Shown here: positions 10,878-21,387 of the stretch, piece after piece
How positions within the stretch are numbered: the first letter of the stretch is position 1
How the letters are laid out: the number at the start of each line of letters is the position of its first letter
Assembly (NCBI GenBank): GCA_041615815.1
Contig: JBFJCP010000014.1
Coordinates: 1-64,000, forward strand
DNA from: Gemmatimonadales bacterium
GTDB lineage: Bacteria > Gemmatimonadota > Gemmatimonadetes > Gemmatimonadales > GWC2-71-9
DNA: 64,000 nucleotides
Reading direction: 5' to 3'
Translations under genes and position numbers: made by a program
Notes under the pieces: model-generated
The model's input: only the letters and a program-made list of their open reading frames with translations
Databases searched by the model: none
Told to the model about the DNA's origin: nothing

Positions 10878-12689
10878 CTAGAATTGCGCTTTCAAGGTAG
10901 CCTCTCCAGGGAGGCCGGGCAACCGATCTACTGCGAGCAAATCGAGATCCACATGCTGCGCGACGGCTTCCTGTACGACGGCGATGATGTCCCGTGATCG
11001 CGACGCCTGTAAGACCTCGTCCGCCGCCGCCCGTGCGACGTTCAGATCGACCTGTCGCACGAACCAGCGCACCATGGGGAGCGCCGGCGGCGCCACACTC
11101 AGGATGCGGTATCCGAGCCCGATCAGTAAGAACGTTGCGAACGGGTCGGACGCCATCTCGCCACAGACGCTGTGCTCGCGTCCTGCATCGGTGGCCGCGT
11201 CCAATACGCGCTTCAACATACGCACCACCGACGGATGGAACGGCGTGAAGCGGCCCGCCAATCGGGCATTGCCGCGATCCACCGCGAGGGTGTACTGCGT
11301 GAGGTCGTTGGTCCCGACGCTCACGAAGTCGCATCGCTCGACGATCTCATCCGCGAGCAGCACCGCGGCGGGCGTCTCGATGTTCACGCCCAACGGCACC
11401 CCCTGCGCCGCCGGCACGCCTTCTCGGCGCAACTGATCGGCACACTGAGACACGAGCTCGCGCGTTCGCTCCACCTCTTCGATTTCGGTGACGAGCGGCA
11501 GCATGAGCCGCACATCGCCGTCTCGGCGGGCGCGAAGGACAGCCCGAATCTGCGGCCGAAAGATTTCCGGATGGTCGAGACACACCCTGATGGCCCGCCA
11601 CCCGAGGAACGGATTGGCTTCGCGGGCGGGCCGAAACGGGACCGGGAATTTGTCTCCCCCCAGATCGTAGCTTCGCACCACGACCGCCCGTCCCTGGCAC
11701 CGCTGCGCCACCCGCTGGAAGAACCGTGCCTGCTCGTCTTCCGTTGGGAGCTCGGTCCGGCCCAGGATGAGGAACTCGGTGCGGAGGAGGCCCACCCCCT
11801 CTGCGCCATGATGCAGCGCGCTCTCCAGGTCCTCCGGCAGGTCCAGGTTCCCCCGTAACGTCACGGCGGTACCATCCACGGTCACCGCGGGTTGCCCCAC
11901 CGTCGCTTCCAGCTCCTGCTCCAGGGCCTGGCGCCGGCTCTCCACGTCGCGGGCCGCCGCGATTTCCACCGCCGTGGGGTCCAGCAGCACCGTGCCACGC
12001 GCCCCGTCGAGGATCACGGTGCGGGCTTCCTGGATGCGCTCGATTCCCCCCACGAGACCCATGACGCACGGGATGCCGAGGCTGCGGGCGAGGATGGCGG
12101 CATGGGCGATCCTCGTCCCCTCCTCGCTGGCGAACCCCGCCACCTGCTCCCGTTCGAACTGCACCGTCAGGCCGGGCGTCAGCTGGCGGGTGAAGATCAC
12201 CGCCGGGCGACCGTCGGGACTGTGCAACACCTCACCCACGGGATGTCCGACGAGCTTTCTGAGAACCCGCAGCGCGATGCCCGACAGATCCGCGGTCCGC
12301 TGGCGAAGCATGGAGTTGCTGGACTGGCGCCAGCGCATGCGCACTTCCAAGGACTTGAACTCGAACGCGTGCTCCGCCGTGAGCTGATTCTCACGAATCA
12401 GACGCTCGACCTCGCCTAGGAACTCTTCGTCTCCGAGCATCATGATCTGGGCGTCGAAGATCTTGGCCTCTTCGGGCCCGGCGCGCCGCTCGGTACGGAC
12501 GCGAAGATCTTCCAGTAATGCCTGGACGTCCCCGACGGCCCGTCTGAGCCGCTGGACCTCGGCTTCGGCCAGCTCCGGCGCCACGCGCCGCTGCTGGATT
12601 TCGGGCAGGTCCCATTCGAGGATCTGGGCCGGTCCGATGGCGATTCCCGGCGATACGCCGATACCGCGGAGCACGCGTTCGTCGGTCAT
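10878..12689 (-). CDS. ptsI: PTS enzyme I (phosphoenolpyruvate-protein phosphotransferase)
   Basis: [13 protein letters not shown] phospho-His, [31 protein letters not shown]. Confidence 0.95.
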   Translation of the reverse strand: MTDERVLRGIGVSPGIAIGPAQILEWDLPEIQQRRVAPELAEAEVQRLRRAVGDVQALLEDLRVRTERRAGPEEAKIFDAQIMMLGDEEFLGEVERLIRENQLTAEHAFEFKSLEVRMRWRQSSNSMLRQRTADLSGIALRVLRKLVGHPVGEVLHSPDGRPAVIFTRQLTPGLTVQFEREQVAGFASEEGTRIAHAAILARSLGIPCVMGLVGGIERIQEARTVILDGARGTVLLDPTAVEIAAARDVESRRQALEQELEATVGQPAVTVDGTAVTLRGNLDLPEDLESALHHGAEGVGLLRTEFLILGRTELPTEDEQARFFQRVAQRCQGRAVVVRSYDLGGDKFPVPFRPAREANPFLGWRAIRVCLDHPEIFRPQIRAVLRARRDGDVRLMLPLVTEIEEVERTRELVSQCADQLRREGVPAAQGVPLGVNIETPAAVLLADEIVERCDFVSVGTNDLTQYTLAVDRGNARLAGRFTPFHPSVVRMLKRVLDAATDAGREHSVCGEMASDPFATFLLIGLGYRILSVAPPALPMVRWFVRQVDLNVARAAADEVLQASRSRDIIAVVQEAVAQHVDLDLLAVDRLPGLPGEATLKAQF

Positions 12690-12970
12690 GCGATCTCTGC
12701 GTCCCCTCCGAATTGACTCCCGACGAGGTCTGTCAGTGCGGTGGCCGCCTCTGTGGCATCCGCACCCTCGGCCCGGATGATGAGCTCGCTCCCGCACTCG
12801 GCGGCCAGGGTCATGATGCCCATGATGCTCTTGCCGTTCACCATCATGCCGTCCTTGGTCACCGAAATCTCCGCCGCGAACTTCCCTGCGACCTTGACGA
12901 ACGCGGCGGCCGGACGGGCATGAAGCCCGAGCCGATTGATGATCGTCACCCGTTTCTCTACTACGCCCAT
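12686..12970 (-). CDS. ptsH: Phosphocarrier protein HPr
   Basis: GLHARPA (His15) and NGKSIMG (Ser46). Confidence 0.95.
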   Translation of the reverse strand: MGVVEKRVTIINRLGLHARPAAAFVKVAGKFAAEISVTKDGMMVNGKSIMGIMTLAAECGSELIIRAEGADATEAATALTDLVGSQFGGDAEIA

Positions 12971-13701
12971 GCGAAACCCAGCAGGAACGCGGTCACGACG
13001 GCCGCGAGGCCGAACCGGTGGCCACCGAACGCGGGGGCAATCCATCGGGACAGGGCGATCCCCACCACGGCCACGAGGGCCACGCCCACCTGGGCATTGC
13101 CGGCGAGGTCCTGCACCAACCAGGCGCTCACCGGGGGGAGCGCCACGCCGATGGCCACGGCGGCGGCGGGACCGGCGAGCCGGAGCCCTCGCTGGATCAC
13201 CGGCGCGCCCAATCCCCTGGCGATGTGCGTGCCCAGCCGCCAGCCGGCGCCGATTCCCCAGACTCGCATGGCGAGATGGGCCACGTTGTAGAGCAGGAAA
13301 AACACGATCCCGCCCACGAGCGGTGACACTACGGCGGCCACGAACAGCCCGATCCCGGAGGCCGTGGGGAGCGTCCCCGCCCAGAACAGTTTATCACCCA
13401 GGGACCCCAGCGGCCCCACCATGGCTCCTCGCAGCCGACGCACGTGATCCGGTGGGATCTCGTCATGCTCGGCACGCGCGATAGCCCCCACGGCGATACC
13501 TGTAAGGTAAGGGTGCGCGTTGAAGAACTGGCTGGCCCGCCCGAGCGAGTCGGTGTAGGCGGTGCCACCGGCTCCTCCCGGCAGATCCCGCAGGAGCGGT
13601 TCCATGGCGTACCCGACCCCCACGCCCACCATCCGATCGTAATTCCAGGACGCCTGAACCAGCATGGTGCGGGCGCAGCTGTGCATGATGCCGCGTTTCA
13701 T
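12961..13701 (-). CDS. PTS mannose/fructose/sorbose family IID component
   Basis: QASWNYDRM, FFNAHPY, GPLGSLGDKLFW. Confidence 0.9.
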   Translation of the reverse strand: MKRGIMHSCARTMLVQASWNYDRMVGVGVGYAMEPLLRDLPGGAGGTAYTDSLGRASQFFNAHPYLTGIAVGAIARAEHDEIPPDHVRRLRGAMVGPLGSLGDKLFWAGTLPTASGIGLFVAAVVSPLVGGIVFFLLYNVAHLAMRVWGIGAGWRLGTHIARGLGAPVIQRGLRLAGPAAAVAIGVALPPVSAWLVQDLAGNAQVGVALVAVVGIALSRWIAPAFGGHRFGLAAVVTAFLLGFAWA

Positions 13702-14357
13702 GCGAGCCACACCCATGCAGATCCAGCCGCGAGCCCCAGGCCAAACCATCGCAGCGCCCGCCCGCGGCCGGCGAACTGGAGCGCGCCGGCGGCGGCCACC
13801 CCCAGCCCAGCCCCGATGGCCGCCACGCTCATGAGGACCGCACTCCCCACGTTGGGCACGATCCACCGCGCCAGCGTGGCCAGGAGGAGGCCCACCGCGG
13901 TCACCGCGAGGCTGCGGATGGCGTCGCGGCCGAGTCCCCGGAGGTGGACCCGGGCGAGGACTTTGGCATCGCCGGCGTCGAGCGAGCGGGCGTATTGGCG
14001 GAGGTCCAGGGCATTGAGTCGGCGTCCGAGATGCATGGCCTCGCCACCGAGATAGGCCACGAACAGTCCCACGGCAACCGCGATACCGATGCCGAGGGCT
14101 CCCGGTGCGCCGCCCACGGTGGCGGCGGCGGCCACGGCCCCCAGGCCATAGTCCGGATAGCGGCTCGCGCCGACCGGGAGGACCCCCAATGCAAACAGCT
14201 CCATGACGACGCCGGCCATTCCACCCCCCAAGGGGTCACCCAGAATCAGGCCGGTGACGGTCGCCGCGACGAGCGGCCGGGCAATCATGACTTGCCCCAC
14301 GCTCACGAGATCGAGCCCCACCATGGTGCCCCAGAGGGCGACGAGGGCGGTGCTCAC
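13698..14357 (-). CDS. PTS mannose family IIC component
   Basis: GQVMIARPLVAATVTGLILGD...ELFALGVLPVGA; hydrophobic; position in cluster. Confidence 0.88.
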   Translation of the reverse strand: MSTALVALWGTMVGLDLVSVGQVMIARPLVAATVTGLILGDPLGGGMAGVVMELFALGVLPVGASRYPDYGLGAVAAAATVGGAPGALGIGIAVAVGLFVAYLGGEAMHLGRRLNALDLRQYARSLDAGDAKVLARVHLRGLGRDAIRSLAVTAVGLLLATLARWIVPNVGSAVLMSVAAIGAGLGVAAAGALQFAGRGRALRWFGLGLAAGSAWVWLA

Positions 14358-14827
14358 AGCAGTTCCTCCAGGGGCACACTCCGAGCCGTGGGCACGTCTC
14401 GGGCGGTGATTTTCACCCCGCGACCCGCGAGGGCCTTGAGCGCGTCGGCTTCCTCGTCCGAGATGTAGAGATAGGGCAGGCGCTTGGTTCGGCCCGAACC
14501 GTCGTGAATGCCGCCCAGGTTCAGGGCATCGATGGATTCCACGGTGGCGCAGAGACGCACCGCCGTGGCCACGGTTCCCAGCAGCACGATAGTCGTGTCT
14601 TTGGACTCGACGACGCGGGCCATGAGCGCAGGGGCGTCGGTGACGGAGACGAAATCGAGCTTGAGGCTTGGCGGGGTGCCCAGTGTGTACAGCTCTTGCT
14701 GCCACGCGTTGTCTGCCACGTCGTCATCCACGACGACGATGCGGTCCACGCCGAGCGCTTGGACCCATCCGACGATGACCTGTCCGTGAATAAGGCGATC
14801 GTCGACGCGCACCAGCTTCAGCGACAT
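14354..14827 (-). CDS. PTS mannose family IIB component
   Basis: RVDDRLIHGQV signature. Confidence 0.93.
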   Translation of the reverse strand: MSLKLVRVDDRLIHGQVIVGWVQALGVDRIVVVDDDVADNAWQQELYTLGTPPSLKLDFVSVTDAPALMARVVESKDTTIVLLGTVATAVRLCATVESIDALNLGGIHDGSGRTKRLPYLYISDEEADALKALAGRGVKITARDVPTARSVPLEELL

Positions 14828-15201
14828 GGGATGGCGCGAATGGCGCCGGTGCCTTTCTCTGCGGCTCGGGCGGCGGCTTCCGCGACCGGGAGATCCCGGT
14901 GGTAGATGAAATCGAGGAGCATGGGGAGATTGACGCCGGCGACCAGGGCGACGTCGGCACGATTGCGCAGTTGGGACATGGCGGCGTGGAGACAGCTACT
15001 GCCCGCCATGTCGACGAAGACGAGGGCCGGTCCGCGGCCCACGGCGTCGGTGACGCGACGCCCCAACGCTTCGGCACTCTGGCCGGTGTTGCTCACGGCG
15101 ACGAGGGCCTCCTGCTCGCCGGTGATCTCCCGCACGGCGTCGACCAGCGCGGCGGCCACGGTCGCGTGCGACACGACGACGCCCTTCAGCTGCTCACTCA
15201 T
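14818..15201 (-). CDS. PTS mannose family IIA component
   Basis: VVVSH, FVDMAGSS, GVNLPMLL. Confidence 0.88.
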   Translation of the reverse strand: MSEQLKGVVVSHATVAAALVDAVREITGEQEALVAVSNTGQSAEALGRRVTDAVGRGPALVFVDMAGSSCLHAAMSQLRNRADVALVAGVNLPMLLDFIYHRDLPVAEAAARAAEKGTGAIRAIPCR

Positions 15202-16171
15202 AATCTTCGGCGAGATATTCCCGGAGCTCGGCCTGTTCCGCCATTTGCTTGATGAGGCGCTCGTTGAATTCCTTGGCCGAGTCGATGCCACTGTACCGGA
15301 GCAGGTGGTTCATGGCAATGACCTCGCAGATCACCGTAATGTTCTTTCCCGGATTCAGCGGGATGACGGCGTGCGGCAGCTCGACGCCGAGAATGGCCGT
15401 CGTTTTGGTCGTGAGTCCGGTGCGGTCCACCGTGCCTTCGGTATCCCAGTCCGCGAGCTCGACGACCACCTCGATCCGTTTTTGCTGGCGGACGGCGCGA
15501 ACGCCGAACAGGGCCATCGCATCCACGAGTCCGACGCCGCGGATTTCCATGTACCGGTGCGCCAGCTCGTCGGAGCGCCCGATCAGCACGCTGGCGCCTC
15601 GTTTACTCACGTGGACGACGTCGTCCGCGACCAGCCGATGACCGCGTTCTACGAGATCGAGCACACACTCGCTCTTGCCGATACCAGAGCGTCCGATGAA
15701 CAGGAGTCCAACGCCGTACACGTCGGCCATGGAGGCGTGCATGGTACAGCTCGGTGCGAACACTTCCAGGAGATACGGCGTCACCTGGCGATAGAATTCG
15801 GCCGTTTTCAGTTGCGTCCGGATGACCGGGATGCCCCGCTGTTTGGCAATCTTGAGGAGGTCTCGGGGGACCGCCTGGCCTTTTGTCACGAAAACGCAGG
15901 GGAGCTCCTTGCGCAGGAACATGTCGAGCGACGCCCGGCGATCCGCTGCGGATAACGACTTCAGGTACGCCATCTCGGTCTGACCCAGCGTGTAGATACG
16001 CTTGGCGGTGAACCGCTCGGTGAACCCGGCCAGCACCAAGCCGGGGCTCGCCACTTCCGGCACTTGAATCAAACGGTCCAGGCCGAGGTCGCCGGTCAGG
16101 ACGGCGAGCCGGAGCGATTGCCCCTTGCGCGCGATCAGATCCCGCACCGTGAGCTCCGGTGCCTTGGCCAT
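15194..16171 (-). CDS. hprK: HPr(Ser) kinase/phosphorylase
   Basis: GRSGIGKSE Walker A, GHRLVADD, MEIRGVG. Confidence 0.95.
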   Translation of the reverse strand: MAKAPELTVRDLIARKGQSLRLAVLTGDLGLDRLIQVPEVASPGLVLAGFTERFTAKRIYTLGQTEMAYLKSLSAADRRASLDMFLRKELPCVFVTKGQAVPRDLLKIAKQRGIPVIRTQLKTAEFYRQVTPYLLEVFAPSCTMHASMADVYGVGLLFIGRSGIGKSECVLDLVERGHRLVADDVVHVSKRGASVLIGRSDELAHRYMEIRGVGLVDAMALFGVRAVRQQKRIEVVVELADWDTEGTVDRTGLTTKTTAILGVELPHAVIPLNPGKNITVICEVIAMNHLLRYSGIDSAKEFNERLIKQMAEQAELREYLAEDYE

Positions 16172-16174
16172 CGA

Positions 16175-16477
16175 CTATTCCACCTCGATCCGCCGTCCGG
16201 GCCGACGGTGGTTCTTGCCGAGCTGACTCCGGAGCTTGCTCGCGGCCGTGTCGAGGGCCGATTGGAAGTCGTCACCTTCGGCGGTCGCGATCTTGACCTG
16301 TCCCCGCGGCAGCGACAGCTGAAGCTCCACGATCTTTCGGCCGTGATCGGCGTCGAAAATCACTTCGGCATGATGGGGGCGGTCGGCGATCTTGGCGATC
16401 TTGGCCATCAAGGCGTCCGCCCGTTCTTTGAGGTCGTCCGGTATTTGGCAGTGTCGCGCCGTCATGGTGGTCCGCAT
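16175..16477 (-). CDS. hpf: Short HPF/RaiA ribosome hibernation factor
   Basis: MRTTMTARH...DFQSALDTAASKL; adjacent to hprK. Confidence 0.75.
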   Translation of the reverse strand: MRTTMTARHCQIPDDLKERADALMAKIAKIADRPHHAEVIFDADHGRKIVELQLSLPRGQVKIATAEGDDFQSALDTAASKLRSQLGKNHRRPGRRIEVE

Positions 16478-16484
16478 AACAGGG

Positions 16485-17615
16485 TCATGTCCTCCTTCTG
16501 GTCGCTGACTCACTGATGGTTTCGAGAAGATGGTGTTCCGTTTGGTCGGCCGTGCGATCCCAGGACAGGGTCTCGGCAAACGCCCGAGCCCCGCGACCGA
16601 GGGTCGCCACCAGCTCCGGCTCACGGGCGAATCGCAGCAAGGCGGACGCGAGCGCTTCCGGATCGCCGTGAGGCACCAACCATCCAGTTTGCCCGTGGCG
16701 GACTGACTCGCGCAACCCAGGGCTGTCAGAGGCGATCCCGGGAGTACCACAGGCCGCGGCCTCCACGTTGCTGAGGCCCCAGCCCTCTTTCGGTGAAGGA
16801 AAGACGTGGGCCCACGCGGTTTGGAAGAGTCGGCGCTTCTCGCGCTCATCCACGTATCCTCGAAACCGCACCGCGTCGTCCAGCCCCAGCGTGGCTGTGA
16901 TCCGCTCCAGACGGCTCCGATCGTCGCCACCACCGGCGATTTCCAGCCTCACGTTCGGTTCCCCGCGCCGCGTGATGGCCAGCGCCCGCAGCAGCGTGTC
17001 GATGCCCTTGTAGCGTTTGAGCCGTCCGACATACACGAAGGTGGGGACCGACGTTCGCCGGCTCGCCGGATCCGGAGTATACCACCCGGCGTCGACCCCG
17101 GGGTAGATGACGCGGATCGCCGCGGCTGCAACGCCCCGCTGCACCAGGTCGTCGCGCGTGCTGTCGCTGATGGCGTGGAACGCGCAGTGGCGATAGACAC
17201 GGGGAATGAGGCGCTCGGCGAGGTACACGACGGCGGCCAGAGGCCACGCCGCCTCGCGAAAGGCCGTCCCGCCAAAGAGGTGCGGGATCATGACGTAGAC
17301 CGGCAGCGCCGTCAGGGTGGGAAGATAGAGGGGAAGCTTATTCACATCCTCGACCACCACATCGTACGCATGCCGTTGGAGGGCCTCACGCACGGCACCA
17401 CGCCCCCTCAGCGCGAACGAATGGCGGCCCCCGATGCGCCGAATGCCGATCCCGTGGATGGTCGCCTCCTGCGCGGCGGCGCCCCAACCTGACGTCACCA
17501 GCGTGATGCGATGCCCGCGGTCCACGAGTCGGCGAAAGATCTCGAAGAAGTGGAGCTCCGCACCACCAGCCTGCGGATTGGCCACGTCGAGCCAGTTGAC
17601 GGCGAGGACGTTCAC
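16485..17615 (-). CDS. Glycosyltransferase family 4
   Basis: GGAE N-terminal motif, VGRLKRYKG, KEGWGLSNVEAAACG. Confidence 0.92.
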   Translation of the reverse strand: MNVLAVNWLDVANPQAGGAELHFFEIFRRLVDRGHRITLVTSGWGAAAQEATIHGIGIRRIGGRHSFALRGRGAVREALQRHAYDVVVEDVNKLPLYLPTLTALPVYVMIPHLFGGTAFREAAWPLAAVVYLAERLIPRVYRHCAFHAISDSTRDDLVQRGVAAAAIRVIYPGVDAGWYTPDPASRRTSVPTFVYVGRLKRYKGIDTLLRALAITRRGEPNVRLEIAGGGDDRSRLERITATLGLDDAVRFRGYVDEREKRRLFQTAWAHVFPSPKEGWGLSNVEAAACGTPGIASDSPGLRESVRHGQTGWLVPHGDPEALASALLRFAREPELVATLGRGARAFAETLSWDRTADQTEHHLLETISESATRRRT

Positions 17616-18022
17616 AGCCTTCCGGCGCGCCGCGCGAGACTGTCCAGGACGCCGTTCACGAACGCCGGCGCCTTGGGTCCCGCAAACCGGTGCGCGAGCT
17701 CCAACGCCTCGTCGATCACCACGCGTGGGGGCGTCTCCTCTGTGAGCAGTTCGAAGAGCGCGAGCCTCAGGATGTTGCGCTCCACGAGACCAACGCGTTC
17801 TGGGCGCCAGTGCTCGACGCCCTCGGCAATCTGGATGTCGAGTCGGTCCGCGGCCGCCAGGACGTCGTGCGCGAGCGTGATCGCCCGCGCTAACGCATCG
17901 TCGCGCGGCACGCCCATCGCGACGAGCCGACGGGCGAGCTCGCGTGCGGGCTCGGCCACGAACTCATGGGCGTAGAGGAGCTGGAGCGCGCGGGCGCGTG
18001 CTCGGCTCTCAGGCCTCAGCAC
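17612..18022 (-). CDS. nusB: Transcription antitermination factor NusB
   Basis: ARARALQLLY, ERNILRLALFEL, FVNGVLD. Confidence 0.93.
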   Translation of the reverse strand: MLRPESRARARALQLLYAHEFVAEPARELARRLVAMGVPRDDALARAITLAHDVLAAADRLDIQIAEGVEHWRPERVGLVERNILRLALFELLTEETPPRVVIDEALELAHRFAGPKAPAFVNGVLDSLARRAGRL

Positions 18023-18482
18023 GACCCTCGAAGACCAGAAGAGCGCGAGCCGTCTGCACCGCAGCGTCGGCGGCCTCGGCGCCCTTGTTTCCCGCGTCGC
18101 CCCCGGCGCGTGCCAGCGCTTGGGAAAGCGTATCGCAGGTCAGGAGGCCGAAGCCCACGGGTCGGCCGTGACGCGACGCCGCTTCGGTCAGTCCTTGGGT
18201 GGCGGCAGAAGCGACGAACTCGAAGTGCGGGGTCTCACCCCGAATGACCGCCCCGAGGGCCACGGCGAGGGCATAGCGCTGGGTCTCGAGACCCCGGCTC
18301 ACGGCCAGCGGAAGTTCGAACGCGCCGGGGACCCAGACCACGTCGACGCCGTTGTCGTCGTATCCGGCGTCTGCCAACGCGCTCCGCGCGCCTTCGAGGA
18401 GCTTCCGGGTGACGCCTTCGTTGAACCGGCTCACCACGACGAGCGCCCGCCGTGGGCGGGTGCCAGCTGGCCCCGGACGCAT
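18009..18482 (-). CDS. ribH: 6,7-dimethyl-8-ribityllumazine synthase
   Basis: SRFN, VPGAFELP, IRGETPHFE, GNKG. Confidence 0.95.
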   Translation of the reverse strand: MRPGPAGTRPRRALVVVSRFNEGVTRKLLEGARSALADAGYDDNGVDVVWVPGAFELPLAVSRGLETQRYALAVALGAVIRGETPHFEFVASAATQGLTEAASRHGRPVGFGLLTCDTLSQALARAGGDAGNKGAEAADAAVQTARALLVFEGRAEA

Positions 18483-18483
18483 C

Positions 18484-19692
18484 TCAGTGGGCGATCAGGT
18501 GCCCGAGTTTGTCGCGTTTGGCGGCGAGGTAGGCCCGATTCTCCGCGCTGGGCTCGGGGTGCACGATGGGCACGCGCTCTACAATCTCCAGGCCATACCC
18601 ATCGAGCCCGACGACCTTGCGAGGGTTGTTGGTGAGAATCCGGATGGAGCTCAATCCGACATCCACCAGGATTTGCGCACCGATCCCGTAGTTGCGAAGG
18701 TCCGGCGCGAACCCCAGTCGCTCGTTGGCCTCGACCGTGTCGTGTCCCTCGTCTTGCAGCTCGTAGGCCTTGAGCTTGTTGAGGAGCCCGATGCCCCGTC
18801 CTTCCTGGTCCAGATAGACGATCACCCCCGCCCCGTCAGTGGCGATCATCTGCATGGCACTTTCCAGCTGCCACCCACAATCACAGCGATGCGAGCCGAA
18901 CACGTCGCCCGTGAGGCACTTGGAGTGCATGCGAACGAGCACTCCGGAGCGATTGGCGACGTCGCCGAAGACCAGCGCCACGTGCTCGGCGTCGTCCACG
19001 TCGTTGCGATAGCCGCGAATCCGAAACTCGCCGTACGGCGTGGGCAGGCGAGCTTCCGCAATCCGGTGGACCAGCCGCTCATGTTGTAGTCGGTACGCCA
19101 CGAGCTGGGCGACCGTCACGAACGTGAGGCGATGGGCGCCTGCAAACTCTTCGAGTTGCGAGCGGCGCATCATGGTTCCGTCGTCCGCCAGCACCTCACA
19201 GATGACGCCCGCGGGATAGAGACCGGCCAGCCGGGCGAGGTCCACGCTGGCTTCCGTCTGTCCCACCCGCTGGAGCACACCGCCGCGCCGCGCCCGCAAG
19301 GGGAAGACGTGCCCGGGTCGTCGGAGATCGGAGGGCTCGGTAGCGGGATCGATGGCGACTTGGATCGTCTTTGCCCGATCCCCCGCAGAGATCCCGGTCG
19401 TCACCCCGAAGCGTTTGGCCGCGTCCACGCTGATGGTGAACGCCGTCTCGTAGGCTTCCGAGTTCTCCTCTGCCATCTGGGGAAGACCGAGGGCGCTGCA
19501 GCGTTCGGGCGTGAGCGTGAGGCAGATGAGACCGCGCCCATGCTTCGTCATGAAGTTGATCATGTCCGGGGTGACGTGCTGGGCGGCTCCGATGAGGTCA
19601 CCCTCGTTCTCCCGGTCTTCGTCGTCCGCCACCAACACGAGCTTGCCGGCTCGGATATCGTCGATGGCTTGCTGTATGGTTCCGAAGGGCAT
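18484..19692 (-). CDS. ribBA: DHBP synthase / GTP cyclohydrolase II
   Basis: DDEDRENEGD, RMHSKCLTGDVFGSHRCDCG, QEGRGIGL. Confidence 0.96.
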   Translation of the reverse strand: MPFGTIQQAIDDIRAGKLVLVADDEDRENEGDLIGAAQHVTPDMINFMTKHGRGLICLTLTPERCSALGLPQMAEENSEAYETAFTISVDAAKRFGVTTGISAGDRAKTIQVAIDPATEPSDLRRPGHVFPLRARRGGVLQRVGQTEASVDLARLAGLYPAGVICEVLADDGTMMRRSQLEEFAGAHRLTFVTVAQLVAYRLQHERLVHRIAEARLPTPYGEFRIRGYRNDVDDAEHVALVFGDVANRSGVLVRMHSKCLTGDVFGSHRCDCGWQLESAMQMIATDGAGVIVYLDQEGRGIGLLNKLKAYELQDEGHDTVEANERLGFAPDLRNYGIGAQILVDVGLSSIRILTNNPRKVVGLDGYGLEIVERVPIVHPEPSAENRAYLAAKRDKLGHLIAH

Positions 19693-19704
19693 CGCCCCTC
19701 CTCG

Positions 19705-20307
19705 TTATCTCGTCACACTCTCGCGGGCCCGGAGCACCTGGCGGACGTACTTGCCGATGACATCCGCCTCAAGGTGCACCCGGTGTCCGGGTGCCACCGA
19801 TCCCAGGGTCGTCTGCTCGCGGGTGTAGGGTATCAGCGACACTTGGATCACGCTGGACCCCAAGATGGCGTTGACGGTCAGACTCACCCCATCCACCGTG
19901 ATCGATCCGTGGGGCACGGTGACTTCCGCGACGTCGTTGGGAACGGCGATGTCCACCAGCAGTGCGTCCGCTTCGGGGCGTACCCCCAAGACCTCTCCGA
20001 CGCCGTCGACGTGGCCCTGTACCAGATGTCCACCAAACCGATCGCCGGCCATCATGGCCCGCTCGAGGTTGACGCGCGTACCCGGCCCGAACTCCGCGAA
20101 GCGGGTGCGGCCTCGGGTTGTCGTCACGGCCTCGACGCGGAACCAGCTGGCCCCAGTGTCCACGACCGTGAGGCAGGCACCATTGACGGCGATGCTCTCC
20201 CCGACCTCGAGATCGGCGTACGGCGCCTCGATGGTCATGGTGAGTCGATCACCGTCCCGCTGCACGACGGACACGGTACCACAGGCGCTCACGATGCCGG
20301 TAAACAT
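19705..20307 (-). CDS. ribE: Riboflavin synthase
   Basis: MFTGIV, SIAVNGACLT, GGHLVQGHVDG. Confidence 0.95.
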   Translation of the reverse strand: MFTGIVSACGTVSVVQRDGDRLTMTIEAPYADLEVGESIAVNGACLTVVDTGASWFRVEAVTTTRGRTRFAEFGPGTRVNLERAMMAGDRFGGHLVQGHVDGVGEVLGVRPEADALLVDIAVPNDVAEVTVPHGSITVDGVSLTVNAILGSSVIQVSLIPYTREQTTLGSVAPGHRVHLEADVIGKYVRQVLRARESVTR

Positions 20308-21377
20308 AGCTGTCGATCAACCACTAGTAATGTATCCTCGCCCAGAGCACGACGCTCCGTGACCGTCCACCGGGGGGTCGTGCCCAGGGACAGGGGGGTG
20401 GGGGATCCGAAGGCCGGCGTGCCCGCCGCCAGCCACATGGGAGCCTGGATCCAGTAGACTCGGTCCACCAGTCCGGCTTCGAGCAGAGCGCCCGCGATCT
20501 CCCCCCCACCCTCCACCAGCACAGATCGTACCCCCTCTCGCCGGAGGGCTCGGAGCCCCTGCGCTAATCCTTCAACGCCGACCACGATCACCCCTGTTCC
20601 CCGCAGCCGGGCGTGGGCCCCACTCCGGGCCTCTGGGGCGGTGAGCAAGACGGTGGGGATCGCTGCTGCGGTCCGCACGAGGCGACGGTCCCGGGCCAGC
20701 GTTCCCGAGCGGGAGAACACGACGCGCCGAGGGGGGACGCGGGGCTCGAGCGGGCCCCGCACGGTGAGCTCCGGATCATCGACCTCGACGGTCCGTCGGC
20801 CCACGGCAATGGCATCGAATCCGGCTCGCAGCCAGTGGACGTAGTCTCTGGCCGGGACCCCCGACACCCACTGGGAGCGACCCGTGTCGTCCGCGAGAAA
20901 CCCGTCCAGCGATGTCGCCACTTTGAGGGCCACGAAGGGGCGGTCTGACTGGAGGTGGGAGCAGAGAAACGGCGCGTTGAGGGCCGCGGCCTGCCGGGCC
21001 AGGAGCCCAAGCGCCACCTCGATACCTGCGGCCTCGAGCCGCTCCATGCCGCCCCGGGCTTCTCGGTTGGGGTCGCGCACGGCGGCGATCACCCTCGTAA
21101 CGCCAGCGGCGATCAGGGCGTCCACGCACGGCGGGGTTTTTCCGTGGTGTGTACAGGGTTCGAGGGTGACCACGCAGGTGGCTCCAGCGGCGGCCTCGCG
21201 GGCCTGATCGAGGGCCGCGATCTCGGCGTGCGGTCCACCAAACTCGCGGTGGGCCCCTTCGCCCACGGAGGCACCGCCGTTGAGGAGGACCGCCCCCACC
21301 ATCGGGTTGGGGGCCACACGGCCCCAGCCCTGAAGAGCGAGATGGAGCGCCCGTTCCATGGCTTGGGTGTCGTTCAT
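20289..21377 (-). CDS. ribD: Riboflavin deaminase/reductase
   Basis: PNPMVGA, HAE, TLEPCTHHGKTPPC, VEGGG. Confidence 0.95.
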   Translation of the reverse strand: MNDTQAMERALHLALQGWGRVAPNPMVGAVLLNGGASVGEGAHREFGGPHAEIAALDQAREAAAGATCVVTLEPCTHHGKTPPCVDALIAAGVTRVIAAVRDPNREARGGMERLEAAGIEVALGLLARQAAALNAPFLCSHLQSDRPFVALKVATSLDGFLADDTGRSQWVSGVPARDYVHWLRAGFDAIAVGRRTVEVDDPELTVRGPLEPRVPPRRVVFSRSGTLARDRRLVRTAAAIPTVLLTAPEARSGAHARLRGTGVIVVGVEGLAQGLRALRREGVRSVLVEGGGEIAGALLEAGLVDRVYWIQAPMWLAAGTPAFGSPTPLSLGTTPRWTVTERRALGEDTLLVVDRQLCLPAS

Positions 21378-21387
21378 GCCGTGGAAG

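Noticed and set aside
9679..11334. Long N-terminal extensions in the ORF track (metK, ptsI, purM, fbp, asnS, ftsA, murD and others)
   Set aside because: They are artefacts of choosing the most upstream start; family homology begins at downstream starts that abut or overlap the preceding stop.
10867..21387. SAM riboswitch before metK or FMN riboswitch before ribD
   Set aside because: The intergenic gaps are only about 10 nt and I saw no conserved aptamer sequence.
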